DNA from: Pavona decussata
Lineage: Eukaryota
Assembly: GCA_977016875.1 (NCBI GenBank)
Contig: CDRNST010000382.1
Span: 1,612,001 to 1,676,000, forward strand
Length of the DNA: 64,000 nucleotides
Reading direction: 5' to 3'
Shown: one piece after another, positions 13,433 through 23,921 of the stretch
How positions within the stretch are numbered: the first letter of the stretch is position 1
Layout: each line of letters begins with the position of its first letter
The notes under the pieces: model-generated
What the model saw: only the letters and a program-made list of their open reading frames with translations
Told to the model about the DNA's origin: nothing
The model's database searches: none
Made by a program: the position numbers and the translations under genes

Positions 13433-13795
13433 ATTGCCCATACTGGCCCTATTTTTAAGGAACTTAAACTCTGAAAATTTCATGATATCTATTTGTTTCA
13501 ATTAGGTACTTTTATGTTTTCATTCAAGAACTCTACACTCCCTTCCAAATTCAATAACTTTTTTTACTGAATAATCAAATCCATAATTATAATATTAGGA
13601 ATGCTCAGTCCTTCCGCTTGCCACTGTGCAGAACGAACACCAGGAAGTTTTCAATTTACTTTCAAGGTCCAAACTTTTATAATTCGCTAAAGTCTGACAT
13701 AACTAGTTCTCCCTCCTCCGCTTCTTTTAGAAGAAAGCTTAAAGAATTTCTTCTCTCTAAGTATTAACTTCTGTAAGGCTGTAATTCTTAAGTAA
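13433..13795 (+). mobile_element. L2/CR1-group LINE ORF2 C-terminal fragment
   Basis: HTGPIFKEL..IHNYNIRNAQSFRLPLCRTNTRKFSIYFQGPNFYNSL..FRRKLKEFLL. Confidence 0.75.
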
Positions 13796-13849
13796 AAACC
13801 ACCACAGGTTTCAGCTTAGTTCTGTCAGCCTTTGCGGATAGACAAACTG

Positions 13850-14545
13850 ATACTCACGATTTTCGTGACCGGTCGATTTCAGAGTAATAGTTGTCTCTCC
13901 CGTTGTGTCAACAGTTGTTTCCGAAATCATATCACACCAAACTGGGGTTTCATCCATTGCTAATATGTCAGATGGTCTGTACTTCTATTTCTCTTGTAGC
14001 CTTCTAACCTGGATTACATACGATACAAGTTTAGCTACCATTCTTTCTGGATCTTGCTGGACGATGGAGATTTTTCTTCTCAGTGACAACCCATTTCACT
14101 TCATAAATCTGCACAGCCATCCTCTGGAAGCTTTAAAGTCACCGCCGTCCACAAGGTTGTTTTCCATCATATTGCGATGCGTTATCTCTGCTTTCTTCAT
14201 TATGAGCTTACTTAAGACTCTTGACCCTCGAGAACGCCTACTTTCTATCCATTCTAGCATAACGTCTTCAAGTTTTGCGCTTAAAGGTTTTCTCCCACCT
14301 CCACCTAGTCTGCTTCTTAGCTTTGCTTTGGCGGTTGTCCCAAGCAGACCTTCGATATTACTCTTGGTAGCTGGCCATTCCCCTATTCTCCTTTCATCAA
14401 CTGAGAATCGCCTGGAAGCAGGTCGATTACCATTAATTTCAGCATAAGCAATGACTTCTTTCTTGAATGACAGATTGTATTTCGTCAAAGTTTTCCCCTT
14501 GTGGGAAATTGCCTCGGTATTCGTGTCTGACATTCTCTTAACCAA
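13850..14545 (-). pseudogene. pogo/Tigger transposase N-terminal part (Brinker-like DBD, CENP-B HTH, first catalytic D)
   Basis: YNLSFKKEVI..LGGGGRKP..FKASRGWLCRFMK, then AMDETPVWCDM..TVD..LKSTGHE. Confidence 0.85.
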
Positions 14546-14879
14546 GCACAGTCGACAGTCAAATATCGTTTGGTGTGTGGTAAGTTATTTTATCTGTCAT
14601 GGGTCAAATTTCCTGGACGTATGTGGCTTGCCATGGTTGGTTGGATTTAATAAAGGTTGTCAACAGGGTTTCTCTGGTGCCTTGCAGTGTCCGATTTGAG
14701 CACTTAGCGGAATAATATTTCACTCTAAGAAACATCATAAAAATAGCAAGAGCATCGCCAGTACAATACAAGATGTATTTCAAAGTATCTTTCGAGATAG
14801 TAATCAGGGGACATCATGTGTATAAACAGTCGTTGAAACCGGAAATCAACCAAGTATTAAACTGCGAAGAAGATAAAGG

Positions 14880-15422
14880 GGCTACAATGTTATTCATTGT
14901 TTCAAAGAGGGCTAGCCATGTAGCACTGGAAAAGCTATGATTCGCTCACAGCTAGAGATCTTGAGTGAGCCAGCCAATGCCAATCTGTTTGAGACTACAG
15001 ATTTTGATGTAGAACAGGCGTACCCACCCCCGTTGGAGCTTCTAGACTCTGACGAAGAGGGGAATAGTGACATCGAAGTCGATTGAAGATACCGGGTATC
15101 AGTGATACCAGAAGAAAACGTCGGATAACGATGTGACTACAAGACATTTAAGTTTGTTGTGTTAGTAAAAGTGCTTGGGGGCAACTGAACTACTTTTAAA
15201 TGCACAGACTAAGATAAAGTGCATCCTGTGTTAGATCTTGTGAACTTAGAGCAACAGTCAGGACATTCACGCGATGTCGGACATAAAGTAAATTAATTTC
15301 TACAATCATAATGTTTTGCCTTTGTAGTATGAGTCTTTTAAATAGCGCTGCCCTCGAGTAAGCGCCACACAGGAGACACGAAAGATTAAATAAGTGCCGC
15401 GGCGCTATTCAAGTAAATACGG
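14880..15422 (+). mobile_element. pogo transposase C-terminus and right TIR
   Basis: IHCFKEG..acidic tail DSDEEGNSDIEVD*. The terminus GGCGCTATTCAAGTAAATACGG is followed by TA at 15423-15424. Confidence 0.65.
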
Positions 15423-15870
15423 TACTGGTGGTGTCAAGATTTGAGTCAATGGCAAATTCGGCGACAGCTGAAAATTAATCTCAACGCAGCCATGGACTGG
15501 GACAGTTTCTGTAGAGAAACATGGGAAATCATGACGTTACAAAAGAGTGAGAAGATCGGAGGACGGGGAAAAACAGTTCAAATTGACGAAAGTGAAGTAG
15601 GCAACAGGGAGTACCACTGTGGGCATAGAATAGAAGTGCAATGGGTATTTGGAGGCATAGAAGAATAATCCATAAAATGCTTACTTGTGCCTGTAGCAGA
15701 CAGCAGTGAAGCAACACTCCTGCCTATTATTAAAGATTGGATAGAGCCTGGAACTCTAATTGTATCAGACTGTTAGAAATCATGTTCCTAACTATCAGAA
15801 AATAAATACCTACATGAGACTGTTAACCATTCTAAGGAGTTCGTGAATAGCAAAGGATTCAACACAAACA
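15423..15870 (+). pseudogene. Merlin/IS1595-type transposase C-terminal half
   Basis: IGGRGKTVQIDES, QWVFGGIE, TLLPIIKDWIEPGTLIVSD, HETVNHSKEFV. Confidence 0.88.
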
Positions 15871-16439
15871 AGCAAAAATCGCAATGTCCATTCCATGCTT
15901 TACCATTGCAGGGGTATCTGCCTTCTCATAAAACAACGGAAGGAGTGCTGTTATGGCAGGCAGATTGTTTGTTTGTTGCTGATGGCTAGAGTGATAAGCA
16001 GCCCATCCGATAGAATCTTCAGCCCTTACGTCATCATTGCTGAGTTTTGGTTAAAGCGTGACTCACCCGGCAACCTTCTTGTTGTATAGTTTTGTCAAAG
16101 CTAACATTGCCGTGCAGTTGCAATGATCCTTCCATAAAAGGGCCGAGGCCAAGTACCGATTGCACTATCGCATTTGCTGACCTTCTTCTTACAAGCAAAC
16201 GCTGACAATCTCCTTACTGCAACAGTTACTGGGAAGAGAAAGAGGGAGGTTGGGATTGTCGTACTGGCGAAGTTTACAGCTTTCAGGCAAGAACTGAAGA
16301 ACGCAACATTTGGAAGAGACAACTGAATGAAAGAGCATCAAGATATATTCACTTGGAACTGACAAACATCACTATTGATGAAAATAAATTCCCATTGCTG
16401 GCTTAGAACCGCATTGCAGTGACTACCATGTATTTTTAT

Positions 16440-16550
16440 CATCTTATGGAAATACTCGAATAAGCGCCGGACCAGAGCTACGGCGCTCATTAACCATTCC
16501 ACTCCATGTGCAGCGCTTATTTGGGGAGGCGCTTATTCACATAAATACGA
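16440..16550 (-). mobile_element. pogo-like left terminus
   Basis: Minus strand TA|TCGTATTTATGTGAATAAGCGCC matches the TIR ending at 15422. Confidence 0.6.
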
Positions 16551-16860
16551 TATGTAATTTTCAGTACCTCATCCAGCGTTACATTGCTTTGTTCAAACCA
16601 GCTACCCTTCCATATGCTTAATGTTTGTTTGTGACGCTTATTTCCTGATTGTTTTCGACACTCCCACCTGAATCCATCCGAGCGATCTTCACATTCCACC
16701 AGGTACATCTCCTCGCCACATCTCAGACAATTCTGCTTTGAAGCAATGAGCCTCTTTCATCAACCATTTTATGGTCAACTCCTTTGTCATCAGGACATCT
16801 TTAAGCAGTTCATCATAAGTCACAAATACCCTCATGTCATCCCAAACATTTCCTGCTTCA
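16551..16860 (-). pseudogene. Merlin transposase N-terminal half
   Basis: C..CGEEMYL..SDGFRWECRK..SIWKGSWFEQSNVTL..LKIT. It ends at a TA next to a pogo TIR. Confidence 0.8.
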
Positions 16861-17799
16861 CTTATATTTGCTCTATGTCACTGATAACTTCCTTTGCTCC
16901 CTCCGCACTGAGTCCCACCATCCTTAAAACTAATGCCACCCATCTGAACTCCTACATTTCAATAAATTTTCTTGTTTGCAACGCAAAACAGCATTTTCTT
17001 CAGATTTCCTTCGCCTTCAAATGTACTTGATGCCTTCGATACAAGCCAGTCTGCACCGGTTTCGAGAAGCTAGATGTATTTGGGGCTGATCACATACGTA
17101 TTCCTCAAGGGTAACCGCTTAATGTAGACAAAGTAATTAGTTTCTAAAGAGGCTGTTGTGCTGTGTCGGCGGATAAGTGAAACACTTTGTTGGTTATCAA
17201 CTTAAAGTTGATAAAGGTAAATTAACCGCGTACCGAATATACTTTGTAAAGCTCATGTCTCGAGCGTTAGACCTTCGTTGCAGCAATGGACTAACGCTCA
17301 AAACCACAGCATTTCCACTTCCTGACAGCGGTTTATTTATTTACCTTATGGAACATTTTCAACTCCGTTGATATTCAATTCTTACAAGTTAATCCATTAA
17401 AAGTCTTCTTATTCATGCTGTATTTCTGCTGTTTTTTTTACAACTGCTTTTTGTGTAAGCCGTCAAATAACAACTCATCTGCCATTTGGGATAAACGTTA
17501 TAATTTATAATCGTAGCGGCTTGATTGTTCAGTGATCAGTGTAACATTTCTCACAATTCTATTCATACACTTCTCTTTCATTATTTCAACTGATCATGTC
17601 TTGGAGCATAAGAAAAATGTCACCTTTAATTGTTTCGTTTTTTGCCATTATACATTCTGATCATTGCGCTAGTTGTAAGTGTGCACATGCACTTATGCAG
17701 TCAACATGACTAACCCGTATGCCAAAATAGCAGGACAGAACGAAAAGACTTGGACTCTTTAGTCTCTTCGAATGCAGTTTGATTATTGATAGCTGTTAA

Positions 17800-18595
17800 C
17801 ACCGAAGTTCAATCATTTTAGAAAACAAGGCAAAGTCAATCGGCAGTTCCATTGGCTACCTCCTTCCCTCAATTTTGACTGGCACTACATTTCCTCTTGG
17901 AAGTCATGGTGCTCAACTTATGGTTGGTACTCATATACAACCCATCAACCTCTTCACCATCTTCATTGGCCATCCAGGAACGGGCAAGTCTCCTGCAATT
18001 GAAAAGGTGATCAACCCGTTACGCAAGAATAGTGACATCGGAAAGGAGATTCTAATCAGCTGGTAACCTCTTCAGGCCTTGTAAAACTCCTTGATAAGCA
18101 CAGGAAACGTTTGTTTGCTCGCCAGAAATCTACGACTTCTTAATCAAGCTTCTAAAAATGACAATGAAACAGGATCAGGGGACATTCAACTTCTATGCAA
18201 ACTGTTCAGTGGAGAGCCCGCAACTCACCACTTCGCCTCAGAAAACATGTGAGACATTAAACCAAACATGCTATTCTGCCTCCTTGGAGCCACCCAACTT
18301 CAAAACACTGCCAAGATCATATACAGAATGAACCAAGGACACGGCCTTTTAGATCGATTCCTTGTCACGATTCTGTTGGCACCCAGACCAACACCTGATT
18401 ACCTTCATGAATGGCCTTCAACGACATGCAGCCGTTATTTGATGCCATAATCCCTGCCCACATAAATATTGTGAGAGTTTATCAACTAGACAAACAATGT
18501 GAAACACTTCAGCATGATCTACAGCGTGACTTCTTCGCCAAAGTTAATGAAATTTTGAATGGGAACATGCCTCCCAAATCAATAAAAACTGACAT
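17800..18595 (+). pseudogene. P-loop protein pseudogene (DUF3987/YfjI-like), 5' part; target of the YR element
   Basis: INLFTIFIGHPGTGKSPAI (Walker A), LLCKLFSGE, LLGATQ, HGLLDRFLV. Stops and frameshifts. The frame continues at 29881. Confidence 0.55.
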
Positions 18596-18810
18596 CGGTT
18601 GATTTTGAGCTTCGCTTAAAATGTTTAATTCGACGCGCCCAACCTTTAGCAATTACGTGTCGTAACAGATCTTATTTTAGTTAATTATTAATGTAGCTCT
18701 ATATATACCGCCACGCACGTGGTTGAGACAATTATTTTACGAGTGATTCGCTCTGTGTAAAGCTAGTTAATTCTTATACTTGTGATTGTGAAGTTAATCT
18801 TTTTTTTAAT

Positions 18811-19881
18811 ATGTCTGAGTCCAAGTACAACCTTCGTTCTCGTAAGCAACTCGATTACGCCATGATACACGCTGGGAAAGGTGTACAATTCCCAACATAC
18901 GGATTCTCTCCCGCTCCTCGTCCTCTCTCAGCGCCAGTCGGAGATACCACGCCTCACAACTATCAAGGACACGACTTCACCGAAATGAAACGTCTGTTGG
19001 AGGAAGAAAAAGAAAGAAACAAAGTCCTAGAGGAATCCTCCCAGGTTGAGCAAATGAGGAAAGAACTGGAGGCGCTTCGCCTGCGCAACGCCATGTTGGA
19101 CAAGCGTGCTGATCAGGATAAAAAGAAAACCACGCTACAAGATCTGCGCACCAACCAGCTCATGTCTTCTAAAGTGGAACAGTTTCTTTCCCAGCTAGAC
19201 GACAGTAGCAGTGAGGAAAGTGAGGATGACGACAAGACTCAAAGGAAATCTACTAGAGGTAGGCGCCACACTTTAAGGTCAGGGAAGGCCAGTAAATTAA
19301 CTAGCCGCGTGGTCAACCCTCAGTTATGGCCCCACAGCCATTTGAGTTTGTCATATGTTTCTAAGGACAAAACATGCGATGATCTAACCCTGGCTGAATT
19401 TGCAGCCGGATACACAGCTATTCTTCAAAGGCCTAACCTCCCACCACAAGAACTTCGCGCCCGCATTGTTCATCTTTCCTCCCTGATGTATTTGGCCACA
19501 CAGTTCACTTGGTCTTCGGTCCGCGATCTTCACGCGGGCAAGCTTTTTGAAATCGAATGTGGTCGGGCTGACTGGGGAGATTCGTTTACTCATTTGGAGT
19601 CAAGGATCCTTCAAGCCCCAGTAAAACCATCATCTCGGGCGGGGTCTTCGCGCACCGACGGCTCCACCGCGGTCTTCTTTTGTCGTGATTTTCAACATGG
19701 CGTCTGTAAATTAAACAAAGATCACTACGGTACCCTTCGAGGAGAACGCAAATGGCTGCAGCACATTTGTGCTCGGTGCTGGGTGGACACGCGTGTTGCT
19801 GCTCGTCATACGGAATTTTCGAAAGAATGTCCTTTGGCGGTGGAAAAGGATTCCCACTCTTCCAGAACGACTGCACCCTGA
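18811..19881 (+). CDS. Gag-like ORF1 of the outer YR element (coiled coil, C-terminal Cys/His cluster)
   Basis: Open 356-aa ORF with VVNPQLWPH, DLTLAEFAAG, LFEIECG and FCRDFQHGVC..HICARCW..H..ECP. A TATA-like TATATATA lies at about 18700. Confidence 0.85.
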   Translation: MSESKYNLRSRKQLDYAMIHAGKGVQFPTYGFSPAPRPLSAPVGDTTPHNYQGHDFTEMKRLLEEEKERNKVLEESSQVEQMRKELEALRLRNAMLDKRADQDKKKTTLQDLRTNQLMSSKVEQFLSQLDDSSSEESEDDDKTQRKSTRGRRHTLRSGKASKLTSRVVNPQLWPHSHLSLSYVSKDKTCDDLTLAEFAAGYTAILQRPNLPPQELRARIVHLSSLMYLATQFTWSSVRDLHAGKLFEIECGRADWGDSFTHLESRILQAPVKPSSRAGSSRTDGSTAVFFCRDFQHGVCKLNKDHYGTLRGERKWLQHICARCWVDTRVAARHTEFSKECPLAVEKDSHSSRTTAP

Positions 19882-21514
19882 CTAGAGCTTTTAGAGCCGC
19901 TAAATCACGACTCTCCTTGTTTTCAAGACTCAAGACTTTCCGTTTCAGACTCAGTTAAACCAGACTCTGGACTTTGTTCATGTTTTCAAGACTCTCTATC
20001 TTCTGTGGAAGATAAGTGTTATCTAGACTCTAGACTAAGCGGGGTGGTTCACTCTGATCCTGGCAGTGCGAGTGCCACACCCTTGCCTTCCTCGCAAGTT
20101 ACGGTTCCTTTAGTTATTGATGATAATTTTACTGATGTTTGCTCATCGCTGCATGTAGTGCAGCCCAGTATTAGTTCTAGTTTAAGTTCTAGCCTGGGTA
20201 TTTCTTCCCAATCGTTCGTTACCCCCGACGCACTTCCTTTCGAGACAAATTTCTTTGTCACATTACATAATCAAGTTTACGCTAAGGGGCAACCCAATTT
20301 TTTAGGCGCACGTTTATCTGTGCCCACTTCGTTGCATCTTTCCTTGTGGCGGTCTTTACTGACCGAGTATTCCGATGTGGAAGTTTGTGACTTCTTAGAG
20401 TTTGGGTGGCCCATCGGTTACAATTATCACGGGGTTTTACCTTCTAGTGATTTTCGCAATCACAAAGGTGTACTAGACTTTCCGTCCGCCGTTGACAGCT
20501 ACCTGTCAACGGAACTTGCGTTAGGTTCCGTTTGCGGTCCATTTGCTCGCAATCCTTTCGTGGCGCCTATCGCCTTGTCTCCTTTGAATTCAGTTCCAAA
20601 GCCGGACAGCAATGAACGTCGGTTTATTCTTGACCTCAGCTGGCCGGCCGGTTCGTCGGTCAATGACGGCATTTCTAAAGATTTCTTTTTGGGTGAACCT
20701 GTGTCGTTAACTTATCCCACTGTAGATGACATCGCAGAGCGAATCGTTCAGCTGGGGCCGGGTTGCTTGTTGTTCAAACGTGATCTAAAACGTGCTTATC
20801 GTCAGTTGCCGGTAGATCCTTTTGATTATCCTTTGTTGGGATATTCGTGGCGGGACAAGTTGTTTTTTGACGTTCGATTGCCAATGGGTCTCCGGTCCGC
20901 TGCTATGGCTTGCCAGCGAGTCACGAACGCGGTATGTTTTATGCTCTCGCGGGTCGGTTGCAACGTTTTGAGTTATTTAGACGATTTCATGGGGATCTCC
21001 GCGCCGCGCACTGCCTTCGCCGATTATGCGCTCACTGGTTCGTCACTACAGGCCTTAGGGTTACAAGAGTCGTCGCACAAGGCTTGCCCTCCGTCTACTC
21101 GAGTTACTTGTCTCGGAGTTCTCTTCGACACGATAAATTTTACTATGTCTGTTACGCCGGACAGACTCTTGGAATTGCAAACGGATTTGTTACCTAAGTG
21201 GCTCACTAAAAAGTCCGCGACCAAAACCGAGCTACAATCTCTGATAGGCAAACTTGCCTTTGTTTCCAAATGCGTTCGGCCGGGCCGTTTGTTTCTAACT
21301 CGCATTCTTGACACTTTGCGTTCCTTACGGCGCAATCATCATCGGGTCAAGTTATCGGCCGAATTTCGGAAGGATATCCGCTGGTGGATGCGGTTTATCA
21401 ACGTTTACAATGGCGTATCTCTTATTCCCACGCAATTGTGGTCTGCGCCCGATAGTATTTTTTCTACCGACGCCTGTTTGACAGGTTGCGGGGGTATGTC
21501 ATCCGAGCAGTATT
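19882..21514 (+). CDS. Outer RT and start of RNase H (5' part, in frame with gag after TGA)
   Basis: RRFILDLS, KRDLKRAYRQ, LPMGLRSA, YLDD, TDAC. No stop from 19882 to the insertion point. Confidence 0.9.
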
Positions 21515-21588
21515 CTCAGCGGTCTCACCTCTCACGTATAAAAGGAGATGAGACAAAGTGAACAATGCCATTCTGTCGATCAAGCGAA
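21511..21588 (+). repeat. Split direct repeat A1 (78 bp) containing a TATA box
   Basis: 77/78 identical to 27952-28029. TATAAAAG at 21537 lies 66 bp upstream of the ATG at 21603. Confidence 0.92.
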
Positions 21589-21602
21589 AGAGCATAGTTC
21601 AA

Positions 21603-21752
21603 ATGGCGGACCCTGCTGTACAAGTCCCGGCACAGGAAAACCTTCCAGCAGCTCAAGCGGCCGCGGTTGTTCAACCACCACCACCGCCTCCGCCTCCACC
21701 AAACGCAGAAGAACCTCCTCAAAACGCCGCTGGAGAACAAGTCACTTTGGAG
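21603..21752 (+). CDS. Putative leader exon of the inner element (50 aa, Pro/Ala-rich)
   Basis: AAATGGCG start context. MADPAVQ..PPPPPPPP..QVTLE ends at GAG|GTTTGT, a phase-0 donor. Confidence 0.7.
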
Positions 21753-21844
21753 GTTTGTTCAATTTTTGTTTTACTCCAGTATCGTACACGTGTTCTTGCA
21801 CTTCGTATTCCCGTGGCAGCTTTAAGTCTGTTTTCAGCTCAAGT

Positions 21845-22655
21845 CATGCCCTGCTTTAAACGTGTAGCTTTGTAGCTCTGCGGGCAATTTTCTCTTTACC
21901 CCCCAGTTTATTTTACGCCCTGCTTCTGAACGTGCGACCTTCGTTGCTTTGCGGGCATGTTTACAATTCATGTTGCGCCCTGGCTTGGCGGGCAATTTAA
22001 AATTCACTTCGCAATTATGTTGTGCCCTGCTGATAACGTGTACTTGGTTGCTTTGCGGGCAGTTTTAACTCTGTTTACAATTCATGTTCCGCCCTGCTTC
22101 AAACGTGTAACTTTTTAGCTTTGCGGGCCGTTTGAAACTGACTTCGTAATTATTGTTGCGCCCTGCTTCAAACGTGTAGCTTTTTAGCTTTGCGGGCAAT
22201 TTGAAATTGACTTCGTAATTATTGTTACGCCTTGCTTCAAACGTGTAGCTTTTTAGCTTTGCGGGCAATTTGAAATTGACTTCGTAATTATTGTTACGCC
22301 CTGCTTCAAACGTGTAGCTTTTTAGCTTTGCGGGCAATTTGAAATTGACTTCGTAATTATTGTTACGCCCTGCTTCAAACGTGTAGTTTTTTAGCTTTGC
22401 GGGCAGTTTGAAATTGACTTCGTAATTATTGTTACGCCCTGCTGATAACATGTAGCTTTTAGCTTTGCGGGCAATTTGAAATTGACTTCGTAATTATTGT
22501 TACGCCCTGCTGATAATGTGTTTACAATTCATGTTGCGCCCTGCTTCAAAACGAGTAGCTTTTAGCTTTGCGGGCGGCTTTAGATTGACTTTCTAATTAA
22601 TTTTTTTTTTTTTTGCCCTGCTTCAACACGTATAGTTTTGTAGTTTTGCGGGCTA
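21845..22655. repeat. 69-bp tandem array (about 13 cores) inside the putative first intron
   Basis: The GCCCTGC...GCGGGC unit recurs at about 22091, 22160, 22229, 22298, 22367 and 22436, with degenerate copies on both sides. Confidence 0.92.
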
Positions 22656-23086
22656 CTTGAAGTCGACTTACCACTTTCTGAATTTTATTTATATGCGCTA
22701 TTTTTGCCGATTATGTGTACATTCTAATTCTCGGTTAGCTTCAAAAGCTTTTCAATTTTGTTGACCTCAAAACATACTTCAGCAGAGAACTAGTTATTAT
22801 CTTTGTGCGATCTTTGTCGATTATTCTCACTCTTCATTTTTTAATTGTCTTAATTTGCCATTTCTGAGTGCTTGTTTGCCACATTGTTCTACTTGAATTG
22901 TTTATTTTCGTATTGTTCTGTTAATTGTTATATTTGCACTCCGACTTTGTCGGAACAAAGGATTCCCTGACGCTTTACCGGGTCTTATCACTATGCTTGT
23001 ACTCATTTACGAATGTTTTGTATGGCCGCTAAGCGGTATGAAATTACACTTCGCAATACATCTGTCTATTTCATTTTCTCATTCAG

Positions 23087-23599
23087 GCTTTGCAAGAAAG
23101 AATTAAATTTTTGGAAAATGCCCAAGGGACCTCCATTCAGGCTTTAAAGAATCGCATTACCCATTATGGTAGTCGCCGCCTGGAGGACTTCGACAAATAC
23201 GAGGCCTTGCGCCTCGCGGAGGAGCTCGTCTCCGTAGCGAAGACAACTGGTGATGATAAGGCCGCCAGCTTTGACATCATAGCGGCCACCCTAAGAGAGA
23301 AAATACACGTGCCGAAAGAGCAGTTTAAAGCTTACTTTTTGGCTCTTCTCGCGGACAAGGAATTTACAAGAATCTTTGACACAATCTCCAAGGTCGACAA
23401 GTCGTTTAGACGTCCCTCGCCTTACTCGCGTCCTCAGGCCAGAGGCAGTCAGAGGTTCTCGTCACACCCTCGAGTGACCTGCTACAGATGTGGTACGCCC
23501 GGACACAAGTCTACGCAATGTTTTAAGCGGTTTCCGACGACCCGCTATTTTTCTTCAGGCGGTCCAGGTCACAACCAGCCTCGACCGACATCTCAGTAG
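23087..23599 (+). CDS. Inner Gag-like exon with CCHC zinc knuckle
   Basis: CYRCGTPGHKSTQC. No ATG. Preceded by the acceptor TTTCATTTTCTCATTCAG in phase 0. Confidence 0.85.
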   Translation, partial: ALQERIKFLENAQGTSIQALKNRITHYGSRRLEDFDKYEALRLAEELVSVAKTTGDDKAASFDIIAATLREKIHVPKEQFKAYFLALLADKEFTRIFDTISKVDKSFRRPSPYSRPQARGSQRFSSHPRVTCYRCGTPGHKSTQCFKRFPTTRYFSSGGPGHNQPRPTSQ

Positions 23600-23921
23600 C
23601 AGAATCTGCCCGATCCTCATTTTGTATGCGTTTTAGTACTATTAAAGTCAAATGAACACTATTGCATCACAATGTTTGTTTATTCATATACATTATACCC
23701 ACCCCCCCAGGGTTTTATTAACATATTATTACTTACATATTTTACGACTCGCTACGCTGTTCATAGATGTGGGAACCAATTATCTCTTTTCGATCGCACC
23801 CTTCCCCCCTCGGGTGGCATTCTCAAAGGGAAGCTCACTTTCCCTCTCGGATTACCGGGGCTGAGTTTGCCATTCCTTGGGCCCTAATTTATTTCCAAGT
23901 TCTTTTTTATTTTCCTTTTAG

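Noticed and set aside
13905-14447. Antisense ORFs over TE genes (also 26865-27242, 29824-30282, 41514-41900)
   Set aside because: These are shadows of coding sequence on the opposite strand with no motifs of their own.
21515-21561. C-terminus SQRSHLSRIKGDETK of ORF 20005-21561
   Set aside because: This is translation running into the inserted A1 repeat. The real continuation is at 28233.
22065-22451. 128-aa repetitive ORF on the minus strand
   Set aside because: A by-product of the 69-bp (23-codon) period.
21845-22655. CRISPR-like array
   Set aside because: The units are near-identical throughout, with no unique spacers and no cas genes.
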